Shown: positions 12,101-22,715 of the stretch, piece by piece
How positions within the stretch are numbered: the first letter of the stretch is position 1
Layout of the letters: each line of letters opens with the position of its first letter
Source of the DNA: Ophelia neglecta
Lineage: Eukaryota
Length of the DNA stretch: 64,000 bases
Direction of reading: 5' to 3'
Assembly (NCBI GenBank): GCA_965285935.1
Contig: CBDIWN010000008.1
Location: 248,001-312,000 of the forward strand
Translations under genes and position numbers: made by a program
Notes under the pieces: generated by a model
Databases searched by the model: none
Told to the model about the DNA's origin: nothing
The model's input: only the letters and a program-made list of their open reading frames with translations

Positions 12101-15100
12101 GAAGAGATCCAACACTCGTTACTGTGTGCCAAGGAACTGGGACAAGAACAAGTTAACACATTCGTTGCAGACAGAATGATTGTGCCTGAAGAAGGTAACA
12201 AACCAGATGTCACAATCCATGCGTCCTTACAACGGAATAATGCAAAAACATTTGCATCTCTGTATGATGTGGTCAAAGACAGTAAAGCCAAAGAGACCAA
12301 AATCATCTTCAAGGCAGATAGAAACGTCTTACAACGCCTTGTAACCGCTTATGAAGCAGGTCGTCCTGTTGACTTGCCAGCTGTCCTAAAGCACGAGCTT
12401 CTGCCAGTTCCTATATCCATTGCCGAGATGAACGGTGCGCTCCGGACCGGAAATAAATCCGTACTGCTAGAGAAGTTGACTGAAGACATAACTTGCCCTG
12501 AAGCTATTGAACTTCACGACACGTCATCTTGCCTCATTATTGATGGACAGGCACTAGTGGTTTCTTTGGGAAGGCCTGATAATGCCGTGACCTTTGGGGA
12601 TTTGGCCGATACATACGTAAGAGCAGTATTGAGGGCAGGTTATAAGTATCAACGGATAGACATCGTATTTGACAGATACAGAAAAGAGACAATCAAGGGT
12701 GGTACCAGAACACGACGCACAAAATTAGCTCGACCAATCAGACGGCCTGTGGAAAGTCGTGATGTGCCTCTTCCAAAGAACTGGACAAACTTCCTGTCGC
12801 TTCCTGATAATAAAGCGGATCTTGCACATTTCCTGTCAGAGGAACTGTGCATTCAGGCACCTGATGATAAGGAGATTGTAGTTGCCGGGGGATTCCGAGA
12901 TGAACTCGCAGTGAGGTCGTCAAAGACATGCACCGATTTGGCTCAATTGAAAGCCACACACGAAGAAGCAGACACTAGATTGGTGTTACATGCTGTGCAC
13001 AGCCAGTTCAATACAGTTGTTGTGTCATCAAGGGACACTGATGTTCTTGTGCTTTTGGTTTCTCACTTCCCCCGTGTACAATGTGAACACCTCTGGATGT
13101 TATCCGGTACCAGCAAGAAACGGCAATATATACCCATTGATGCGGTTTTCAATAACCTACCAACAGATTCAGCACCACATCTGTTGCCATTTCATGCATT
13201 AACCGGATGCGACTCCACATCCTACTTTGCAAATCACACAAAAAGGTCCTCATGGAAAATGTTCATAGAGCACCATCATTTACTCAACAACTTGGGAATC
13301 GGTGACCTCACAGAGGAGACCATTCTATCGTCAGAAAAGTTTGTCTGCAGAATATATGGTGTGCACAAAACAGACTCGGTTGATGCAGCAAGACATGTAC
13401 TGTTCTCCAAAACTGGAAAACCAGAAGCATTGTCCCCGACGAGTGATGCTCTCCGCTTCCATTTGATGCGTGTACACTACCAAACAATGGTTTGGAGAAA
13501 TGCTCACTGTGGTGTACCTGAGCTTCCGGCGCCTGTAAATATGGGATGGAAACATGGAGATTCAGGTCTACAGCCGATACTGATGTCATTGAGCCCAATC
13601 CCCGGAAGTTGCCTGGAAATGATTTCGTGTGCATGCCAGAAGCAATGCAAGACACGTCATTGCAAATGTCGCAAGTCTGGGCTACGTTGCACAGCAATGT
13701 GTGCATGTCACCAACAGATTGATGACCAAACTCCCTATTGTATGAACACTGACTAGCAACACTTATTCAACCAGACGAAAGGATTTCGAGGATTTTAACT
13801 GAGGATATTTTGCGTGAGGATATTGTGATTTGCGACTACTAATTTGCATATTTATGAGTGTTGTGTACACCTAATTACTTTAGATCTTAATTGCTTTTAT
13901 AATTTTCTTTAACCATCAAAACATAGGTATAGACACTTCATTCGTTATGTTTGGTCGCCTATTTACACAGATATCTGAGAAACTTGTTGGTTCTGTAATG
14001 GCGGCAACTAATTTGCATATTTATGAATATTATTTAGCACTAATTGCTTTAGAAATGTCTGAAATGTATGTTATGACCTTTAATAAAGTAGTATAGACAC
14101 TTTGTTTGTCCTTTTTACTTGTCTGGTTACAGCGTAACCATATAATACGATTCAAGAAAAGTAAAAAATTGACAATTTGACCGCCATTTTGTTTATGCAA
14201 ATTAGATGGTCAAAAACTAAAAATTTCGCTTGGAAACCGGGTTTATCGGATTCAGCATTCTTAAATTATGTTAAAAAGTCTGGTTCCCAACTTGTACCCC
14301 AAAATGCCCCTAAAATGTACATTTTCCAGAAATCCCACTAGTCTATCAGTAAGTGAACATTTGTATTGGTTTACCTTGAAACTGGATGTTACTGCTAAGA
14401 CATTGTGTATTATATAATCTGCAGTGAAAAGTGAAATGATTTTTTTAAGGTTAAATCAGTAATGGGCCTACCTTGGCAGTCCGGGTACTTTGGGTAGTTC
14501 TTGTCGCATAAACCGCAGCCAATAACGGGATCGCACGACTTGCATCGGTTTATATCACACACTAGAATAGCAGGTGAATAGTTAATCAAACGGTTTGTAA
14601 TGGGGCTTATCTTTATAAACAACTTTAGTTAATCCCATTTACCCGTTTTGACACTTAATTGTCGACCATTGCCAGAATAAAACCGAAGTAGTTACATTGG
14701 GTAGAATTCATGTTCAGGTGTGCGTTTGCATTTGTTTAACATAATCTATTATCTAAATATTGATAATATGTCACGGCGTTACTCTCAGAGGTGCCAACAA
14801 GGTGTGGAAATGTATCCCGTATGCAGCCACTATCTATTCGAAATAGACATAATCTATTCCGGTTTTAACATACCAATAGGGATGTATGCGTGAACTATCA
14901 CCTCACACAGGCCAAGGTACTGGACTTCATACCCGTCTGTATTTCTGATAATGGTGACGTATCTGCCGCTGAGGGGCGAGTCACAATTTATTGTGTCGCT
15001 TTCTGCTTCGGGAACGACTCCTGTATAATTCTTACAGAGACTTGTTAAATCACCGTCTGTCTCGAAACCAACTCCAAGGCGAAAATTACCGGTACGATCT

Positions 15101-18100
15101 GTGAAATGGTATTCCTGGTTTTGTATAAGGCCAAAGTGTGCATTATCATAAGTTTATGTAGACATATATGTAAGTAGCTCATCATTGAATATCAAGCTGG
15201 TATTTCGTAAAACTAATCAGAGCTTTCGATCGAACAATTTTCTTAGCGATGTTTACACGAGTGGATGACGTTTTTATGATATTTCTAAATAGAATCAATT
15301 CCAATAAATTTAATTGAAAATTTAATTACATAAATTCCTGTTATTCCAGTTTATAAACAGGAAATATCTCTTTACCTTTCCACCACATATTCACATCGTA
15401 CGTTAAGTGCGCTTGATAAGCACCGTAGCTAGCAATTTAAGCAACAAAAGAATCGGCCACGCGATGGTTTCCCGCAACTGTTTTTATATTTAATTTGTAT
15501 CCCGTACTCAAGACAAAATTTCATAAGCCCAGATTGCATTTGCCTTCGATCTGTTTATTAAATGAGAACTAATACCCAAGTGACGTTTATTATTGTTAAA
15601 TCCTAAAATATATTAGATATTTAAGTGGCAATACTACTGTTAGTCTATTGGTCAACAGTATACACATAAAGTACAATTTGGAGTTTAATTTTTTTCCCAT
15701 GTGAACAGCGTAAGAGAGAAGAAAACAATCACGTATCAATAATGATGTGATTAATGCAACCATTATGCGTAGATGTTTCAGGCAGATGTTTCATATTTGT
15801 CTCTAGATCTACCAGTAATTTTTCATTTTCTTACTGTAAGATGGAGAATGCGCTCTGTTTAAGATGGTGACACTAACAACTGTGTAGTTATCCTCTAGAT
15901 CGACGTACCACCAGGCTCTCTTCCCAGGCCCAGCATCAGGATGTGCACATTTCGCTATCCATGTAGAATTTTTGCCATCGACGGCCAGATCCGCGGTTAA
16001 ACCATCATATGTTCCGCTTTGTTTTGCCGGCCTTCCCTTCGCTATATTACCTGTTAATACAAAATACTGATAAAACAGGCTGGTCAGGGATCCTTTAATA
16101 CTATGCTATCGTAAATCATGAAATCACGTTTTTAGTATAAACTTTATCTTTACTCTGGAACACTTATGAGAATAGTAACTACTTGATGTCTCAATGTTTC
16201 ACATAAAGACTGCAACAGTTCATTACATGAATGAGTGGACAAATATATCACTGGAATTGAGAAACACCAAAGGATTATGAAAGAACTTGACGGCTTAAAC
16301 TTAAACACTAAATAAGGATTTAATCCAAGTGAATGTTTTTTTAGATGTCGGGTATCATCATTCCGGCATTATATTAAAAGAACAACCTCAGAAGCTCTTG
16401 CAGGCTCTATGATTCCGGGACCACTAATATAAACAGACATGATCTGTCGATGCCTATTACATAAACCTTTCTATTGTAGGGCATAAATATGTATTCGCAT
16501 TTTACGCCGGTGTGACCGGGGAGGAAGTTGAGGCATTATTTGATAGGCTAGAGTTAGAAAAAGTGCAGAATGGATGCAAACATTGTTTGGGACATGTCGA
16601 TCCCCCCCCCAACCCCACCCTCATCCCTGCCCGTGCCCCACCCCAAACCCCTTCCCCCACCCCGATAATAATAATTTAACTTGTCATTAGAAATTTACTT
16701 TATATTATTAAATGAGGACTATGGAGTTTTTGTTTTGGCCTACATAAATAAAATCCTGAACCTTAGCTAGTCACAGCCATAGTGTACCTCGTTTTTTCTT
16801 TGTAAATGTTGTGCGAAATGACGTAATAGTTACATAAAATTTGATTAGTACTCAGTATAACACTTTCAAAGATACTCTATGTTGACAGTTTTAAATGCTT
16901 CCAAATGAATATTAACAGAAAGTTTTACCGAGGTTACACCCAGGCCCGTCTCTCCGTATGATGGCAGGGTCATCCCATTCACATTCACCTCCATTGATAC
17001 AATCTCCTGTCGTCTGATTACAACCATTGGTACACAGACAGGGAAATACACAGCCAGTAGTATTCCCAAACCTACACAGACCTGAGGGAAAAAGTCGAGG
17101 GCAACATTTATTTGTTGGAATATTAGACGAAATTTTCGCACTTTTTCGCGTATCCGGTAATTATTTAACTCCGATATAAACGTTATTTGAGTACCCTGAG
17201 TGGAAGGTCCGCCCGGTTTACTTAACCTATCCCAAATCTGTGTGTCCCACAATCTTGAAACACAAGGATTTTAAGTCCGGCGTTCTAGAAATTCTAGTAT
17301 GTTTGGAATCAGGTCACGAAATCCTGGTTTGTTACGTCCGGGGACACCAAGACATAAACCCTATGGTATTAAACGTGACTTATCAAATGCACTAGTATCT
17401 TGTCATTCTGACTATGCACGCATAAAAACAGAAATATACCACTGGCTCTCTGATATGTGCACGCCAGTACCACATGCAAAACAGCCACCTCCCCTTCGCT
17501 TCTTATGACTGAATGCTGTTAAAGCCTTCATCATTTCTAATAAATTAGTTAATTTAGTTATTACATTTTGTTAGCACTACTATGAAGTATGCGTTTTAGA
17601 TATGAAATAATTTGTATTCTCCGCATTGGTCAAAACATAATTCTATTTGAAATTATCAGGCGTTATCTCTCTTATACTCTTAAATCTCCTTGTTCATAGG
17701 AGTTTGTTTGCAAACACATATTATTTTGGAGATATAACCATATATCGGCTTTTACTGTCAAAAATTATGTTTCATGATGGCTAAATCGTGTTATATTTAA
17801 AGGAGTTAAAAGTTTTTATATCCATTTGCTGCTGATTTATCGATGGAAAAGAAGTTTAAACCCAATAATTAAAAGCAGCTCCTTCATATGTGCCATTTTA
17901 TCCGCAATATAATAGAATCCTCTGAGCTAAAATGTTATGAAATGCGGTACTTGCCTACTTCAAATACAAAGCGAGGTTCCTTAGCCATGCAGTTCAAACA
18001 TATAAAGCGATTTATACCAGGTGTATTCAGGCCCCATGTGTGTATAGCCTACAGACATGCAAACAATCCGGGACTAACGAATGCTCCTATGGACGCGCTT

Positions 18101-19030
18101 GGGTAAGAGTCTAGCGGGGGATCTAGAGATTACCAGGGGTCTCTGGCGGGTCTAGATGCAGTCAGACCCCTTGAGGTTTTCAGAGCCCCTTGGCGGATCT
18201 AGAGGTAGTAGGTGCCATTTGGCGGATTGATAGGTCATTGGAGTACCCCGGCGGATCTAAAGATTGTCAGAGTCACTGGCCGAAGCATGGGTCTTCCGAC
18301 ACCAAGCTGATGAAGTTCTGGCAGAGACATTTCATAGATCCCGATAGCGTTATTAGCTTTTAAATAAATACAAACGCTTCTTTTTGGGACTTGATACTAA
18401 TACAAGTCTTTCCTGAATTGTGCCCGCACCTCCCACAACCACCCCAAACCCCCGCGCCGTTTTCAACTAGTGGGAAGCATCCGGCCCTGGATTCGAATCA
18501 GGTCTACGACGCACTGGTTTACATGCAATATTAATATTAATGTATGACTTTAGATTCCAAGGGCGGTGATAGGAAAATTTAATGTGTAATTCATTGGAAC
18601 GGACACCTTAATATGTTATTAGTAGTTTGGCTAATTAATTAATGCCCTGATAATAATGTTTGACAAGCAATGTGCCGACGTGTACAGGTCGTCTTTGTCT
18701 TGTGTCACGATTTTGGTGGTAACTTGTGAACATATATAGTTGACACCACGACGGCAACTGATTTTAAAAGCATTCGTGACCAAAAAAGTCACAAGTGTGC
18801 TTCAGATGTTTTCTGACTCTATTTCCATAATAATCACATTTTAACTTTACGGGTTAACAATAAGTTAAAACAACTAGGAATACTCAATACTGCCGCGGCC
18901 AACACTCCGGCGATCGAGTAATACCAATAAGTTCATAAAAAGAACGTGTCTACTAACCTGTCTGAGCAGTAATTCTTGTAAGAAAAACACTGGAACTGAC
19001 CAGCAAACAAATGTAAATGGTAGAAGACAT
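985..19030 (-). CDS. Receptor-type protein tyrosine phosphatase with F-type lectin, EGF-like and FN3 ectodomain (copy 1; 25 exons, ~1227 aa)
   Basis: Manually spliced GT-AG exons with consistent phases. Ectodomain: 19030-18958 (signal peptide [24 protein letters not shown]), 17081-16929 (EGF-like), 16050-15835 and 15098-14874 (F-type lectin: LAVDG..CAHP..WWYVDL..ILNR..GRYVTI..LCEV), 14561-14472 (Cys-rich), 10453-9953 (EGF repeats), 9828-9484 (FN3). TM and juxtamembrane: 9196-9085 (TM), 8916-8822, 8593-8391 (acceptor least certain). PTP D1: 7082-6995, 6646-6576 (DYINAS), 6438-6399 (YVATQG), 6137-6040 (FWSMVWQ), 5909-5781 (KCAQYWP), 4522-4377 (WPD..VHCS), 4268-4133 (AGIGRTG..MVQT), 3741-3592 (QYIFIY). 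PTP D2: 3115-3016, 2883-2810 (DYINAV), 2549-2415 (DFWRLVYE), 2295-2158, 2044-1890, 1418-1283, 1059-985 (stop). Total 3684 nt, open frame. Confidence 0.9.
3592..7082 (-). other. PTP domain D1 exons of copy 1 (predicted catalytically competent)
   Basis: WPD loop (LSWPDK), signature [11 protein letters not shown] split across exons 4377/4268, and Q-loop MVQTLPQYIF. The KNRY motif reads RDRF. Confidence 0.88.
10475..10861 (+). repeat. Left terminal inverted repeat of the Academ element
   Basis: Reverse complement of ~13968-14345, with a few substitutions and one short indel near the tip. Confidence 0.92.
11251..11874 (+). CDS. N-terminal fragment of Academ protein (CxxC/His zinc-binding motifs), truncated by internal deletion
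   Basis: 207-aa ORF with LCIFCQ twice, WHKMCY and [13 protein letters not shown]. It runs out of frame at about 11850. Confidence 0.7.
   Translation: MMDPVVTLKRSSPVDCSLCIFCQTPSVGGILSKASDHGLATAKHAASIRRKLRDSKNIVVIDRLENVLNSDEKQSIVWHKMCYAHFTDKSKIERLQKPQAVDSKQVGASCSSSGNRHSLRKCVEPVNWKLCIFCQTVSKARLTSVMTKQLSDQIIQASSLDYKIGLRLAGVIDLIAAEAKYHLTCLRLFTRSTNKNNQDSQNYVSPM
11927..13756 (+). CDS. Academ XPG/FEN1-like nuclease plus CXC Cys-cluster region (609-aa open frame)
   Basis: Acidic motifs [26 protein letters not shown] and LTGCDSTS (H3TH), with C-terminal [27 protein letters not shown]. The frame stays open upstream to ~11852 ([20 protein letters not shown]). Confidence 0.82.
   Translation: MYNHCRGSTRVHNEATKSRQKRDNDDEMSLLTAFMGFGVFASVSPDSLQNLVTKDLATEEIQHSLLCAKELGQEQVNTFVADRMIVPEEGNKPDVTIHASLQRNNAKTFASLYDVVKDSKAKETKIIFKADRNVLQRLVTAYEAGRPVDLPAVLKHELLPVPISIAEMNGALRTGNKSVLLEKLTEDITCPEAIELHDTSSCLIIDGQALVVSLGRPDNAVTFGDLADTYVRAVLRAGYKYQRIDIVFDRYRKETIKGGTRTRRTKLARPIRRPVESRDVPLPKNWTNFLSLPDNKADLAHFLSEELCIQAPDDKEIVVAGGFRDELAVRSSKTCTDLAQLKATHEEADTRLVLHAVHSQFNTVVVSSRDTDVLVLLVSHFPRVQCEHLWMLSGTSKKRQYIPIDAVFNNLPTDSAPHLLPFHALTGCDSTSYFANHTKRSSWKMFIEHHHLLNNLGIGDLTEETILSSEKFVCRIYGVHKTDSVDAARHVLFSKTGKPEALSPTSDALRFHLMRVHYQTMVWRNAHCGVPELPAPVNMGWKHGDSGLQPILMSLSPIPGSCLEMISCACQKQCKTRHCKCRKSGLRCTAMCACHQQIDDQTPYCMNTD
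13968..14345 (-). repeat. Right terminal inverted repeat of the Academ element
   Basis: Reverse complement of ~10475-10861. An additional degenerate copy of the internal TIR motif (actaatttgcatatttatga) lies at ~13835-13960. Confidence 0.92.
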
Positions 19031-19764
19031 TATCGAATTGCACGTACACACACCTCCGTAAGTATGTTTATTGTGAACACTATGCCAGATAGAAGTGACT
19101 TACAGGTATGCCTACATTAAATACGAATATTATTAATGATATTTACTTCCTGCTTTCCGAGCGATCGCCTGAAAGTAAATACACCAGTCTACACCCCGTT
19201 AAACAAACATACTCAATGGCCGAAGGATTACGTGTGTTTAATACATAATTGATAATGTTGTATGATCGTAAAAATATAATATATTGAAATGGAAGTCCCG
19301 TGGGTTGTATTTCGAACGCTTTATTACAATATTAATGCAATCGGATAGTATTTACCGATGGCAGTGACGATACTCATATTCATTAGATGAATATAATGAG
19401 ATAATTTGTAAGCAATGAAAATAAACTTCATGTACAATACAAATAAGGGGACTCAAAGTCGTTCTCCATGGGGCGAACTTTAAGCAAATCAAATCAAAGA
19501 TATACACTGGGACATGAACTGGATTATAGCTTCTTGCCCAGGGAGGGACGAGGTTATAACGATGATTAAGTCTACAGACATATATAAAACCATGAACCGC
19601 CGGAGCAGGGACACGCACTGCTAGGCGAAGTAAATACACAGACAAATAAAGCTACTCTAGTGTGTGTGTGGTTAAATTATATCATAAATGTAAATTATAA
19701 CATGAATGGAGATGGTGGTCGATAAAGTCTATAGGCCAATAGAGTCATAGGCGGTCTATACATA

Positions 19765-19967
19765 CAGTGGCGGATCCAGGATTTCAGGAAAGGGGGGGGG
19801 CAACATTTTCCAAGGCTGATAAGGCAAATGTCTGGATTGTCCCCGTTACCAGCCCTCTGAAAGCACCTTGCGTGGATCCATATATAGGCTCTGATCCAGG
19901 CCCACTTTTTGCCAAAAAGGGGGCCCGGGCCCCCTGCACCGCCCCCCACCCCCACCCCCCGCCACTG
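19765..19967. mobile_element. Short non-autonomous TIR element (CAGTGGCGG...CCGCCACTG)
   Basis: 9-bp terminal inverted repeat with a G/C-run interior. ACATA flanks both sides. Paralogous copies are at ~34937-35118 and ~62951-63125. Confidence 0.55.
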
Positions 19968-20127
19968 ACATACTTGTTGGTGGAAAAACAGTGTTTTGGG
20001 CGTTATGACAGGTGTGCATATATATATATATATCTACCATGTCGTCGTTCAACCAGGTGCGATTTATAGACAAGCTACGTTGGTTACTTTGCACCTAAAA
20101 GTGTTTTGCACACCTGTCATAACGCCA

Positions 20128-22430
20128 TATCTTTATTTCCTCCGTGTTCGAAGAGTACAATTACTTGAAATTATTCTAACATATATACAGAGATGAATAT
20201 ACTAACAAATGGCGCCTTAACTGGGCTTATATACACATTATAACAGACAACGAAAAAATTGTTACAATTTATGTGTCAATAATGCTAACTTAGCATTTGA
20301 CACTGCTGAGCCTGGAGTTCTCCAGAAACCCATTAAGGTCTTGTCTACATATTACATGTTTGTATTTACAGGTACATGTACTTTGAGCAGCTGTCACACC
20401 TGCAGATGTGCTGCTCAATTCCAGAATAGCATTTCGCTGAAAACAAAATTAACTTACTGCGTATTGCCTCATCAGCTTGGAACGGTCTCAACCCAGTTAC
20501 ATATTGAACAAAAAAATTCTCTGAACAAGACATTAGTTCCAGTTCTATCTCGTTGGAACACTGACCAATCCCTTCCCAGAAGAGTTCCCTGCGTGTAGAG
20601 GACATGGGTATAACCGGTGAATTGCTACATGATTGCTAGTTTCATACTGACAAAAATGGCATGTTCCAGACACATTACTGGGCAAACTTATAAGTTGGGC
20701 TAAGTTCATTATGATCCGTCCATGTTCAGGGTGGACCATGTGGACTCGCCATAGCTAGATGGGCTGCAGCTCACTGTCCACGATTTCACCTGTATCATTA
20801 ACGTCACTAATGAGGCTTAATTGTTCATCTTTACAAACACGATCACCTAGAGTCTGTTGGTGAATTTTGGCAACAATACTTTTAACAATACTTTTCCAGG
20901 CTTTTTTTGCTGGAAAAGTGCCCAGTTACGTGTAAGTATCTACATATTCACCAAGTTTGTACTTATCTACTATATACAACATGTCGTTTACAAAACCAAT
21001 TGATTTATGGAAGTTTTGACCGTCTCTACCAGAACAAAGACGATTGACAAACAACACCTTGGCACCAAATTTACCACTCTGCTCATACTTCCAAAAAATA
21101 AGAGTTTTCTGTCCTCAATTTCTGAGACTGCAGACTTCATACCTAGGCAAAAGAGCGCTACGTCAGTCCTAATGCGAAAATGGAAAATTGGCATTTTCTT
21201 TATACCATACCGCCATGCTCGTTCAGTCATATCTTTGTCCTCACTAGTCATAAAGTTCCACAATTCACACCCATCCCTTGAGCTGCTTACTACCACTGAC
21301 TTAAATAATGCTACATTTCTATTTGGCCCCGCGCCAAGCCGAGCAATGCTAAGAAATTCCCCTTCAGGTTGGTACAAGCCTGTCTTGTTCGGGAGAAAGA
21401 AGAAACGGAGCCATTCGCGTGAACTCCTAAATGAGTAATATCCTCCACTATAGGGATCTTAGTCCCTACAATAGTCCAGACAAATTTACACCTGTTCCTC
21501 AGACGTTCGGGGCCAAAAATAACAATATTGGACTTGGATGGGTTGTGATAAAACCTCCACATACGAGGGAACTTTTCGCAGACATTGATAAGTTTCTGTA
21601 GTCCGTCTGGTGACGCGGATAACAATACAATATCATCTGCCTGTGTAGGACAGCCGACAAAGTTTCCATTCATTGTCAGTCCAGCTCCTGATTCTTGTAG
21701 TGTCCAGAGTAGGCCGTCGTAATACACCTTGAATTTCTGCGGGCCCCAGACAGACCCTTTTCGGACAGACTGATTCACCGCGATGACTGCAGATGACTCC
21801 CCGTTCGGGATAAAATGATTCCGCATCCCTCTGTATGATTCAATTAACATGGCCAGAAACTTTCCTCTGACTCCTAAACGAAAAAGCTTGACGAAGAGCC
21901 CCTCGTGCCATATAGAATCAAATGCGGCTGTCGACTCTAGATAACAAGCATATACAGCTGAGTCCCTTTCTACAAATTGACGGACACTTTCTTGTACCGT
22001 AAAGGCTGTCATCAGACTTGAGATACCCTCGCAGTAGCCAGCTTGTAATGGATGAGGGAACACGATGTTAATTCTAGATGTCCAGGCCTGGAAACGTCTC
22101 AGGGTGACCCTCTCAAAACCTTTGTACACGGATGACAATAGGATGATTCCTCTGTGGTTTTTGTGGTCATCTGATTGTTTCCTGGTTCCTTTTAATATCG
22201 TCACAATCTGTCCATGCTTAAGTTGGTCGGGTATGTAAGTGGTTTCATACATCAAGTTATAAAACCTAGACAGCCACTCTGAGATGGATCCGCCGCCACA
22301 TTTCAAGTGTTCATTGGTTATACCATCTGACCCAGCTGCTATACGAAGTTTTATGGATCTGAGCACTTGCCACACTTCATCTTTTGTAATTGGGTGATGC
22401 ATGATCTCGTCGGCTTCGTCTTTTCAGGAC
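20128..22430 (-). mobile_element. Degenerate non-LTR retrotransposon (RTE-X-like), RT and C-terminal region
   Basis: ORF 21311-22402 has AAGSDGITNEHLK, HRGIILLSS, AFDSIWH, VRKGSVWGP and QADDIVLL. It continues by frameshift into 20988-21377 (GCELW, RKLLFFG) and a CxxC at ~20650. A 3' GGAGGAAATAAAG lies at ~20131-20143. Clade assignment is from motif recall. Confidence 0.8.
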
Positions 22431-22469
22431 AGAACGATCCTTGAATATTAATCCTCGACTAGCAGTTTG

Positions 22470-22715
22470 TGCCGTTCACCAAACTTCACATCTTATGTAT
22501 GTAAGCTGGGGATTGTATGATAAAGATTTGAACTGTCTAGATCCGTATAGACGTGGTAAGGGAGGAATTGCCTTCTTGCGGCGCAGAAGTCTGGATTGTA
22601 ATATTAAAACAGTTGACTTAGGTTCCGATAGAGTAGCACCCCTACAGGTATCCTACTCGTCGGGACAATATTTGACCCTTATCGGTGCTTACTTATCATC
22701 ATCCAATACAACCAT
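22470..22715 (+). mobile_element. APE-type endonuclease fragment of a LINE, inverted relative to the adjacent RT
   Basis: RGKGGIAFL...SDRVAPLQV...LTLIGAYLSSSN matches LINE APE endonuclease motifs (GG[VI]A[IF]L; [IV]G[AV]Y[LM]P). Confidence 0.65.

Larger units (their letters stand above)
10475..14345 (+). mobile_element. Academ-superfamily (AcademX, XPG-type) DNA transposon, internally deleted, in intron 5 of copy 1
   Basis: Termini 5'-TAGAC...GTCTA-3' with ~385-bp terminal inverted repeats and a 3-bp TSD TCA (10472-10474 / 14346-14348). The empty site is visible in copy 2 (~27421-27445, gattataatcagtaagtg). Internal ORFs encode an XPG/FEN-like nuclease and a C-terminal Cys cluster. Confidence 0.85.

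Noticed and set aside
14375-14425. Possible extra mini-exon in intron 5
   Set aside because: Its phase is incompatible with the flanking exons and it would leave an intron of under 50 bp in the empty-site copies.
16866-17252. Hydrophobic ORF resembling a TM segment (also 30144-30386 and 60411-60878)
   Set aside because: Wrong frame. The phase-1 reading gives a Cys-patterned EGF-like exon that is open in all three copies, whereas this frame has a stop in copy 2.
17888-18106. 72-aa ORF repeated at 33053-33271
   Set aside because: It is antisense intronic sequence, repeated only because the intron is duplicated, and shows no recognisable motif.
18110-18290. Degenerate ~30-bp GGCGGATCTAGAG repeats in intron 1
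   Set aside because: A decayed repeat shared through the gene duplication, with no evidence of function.
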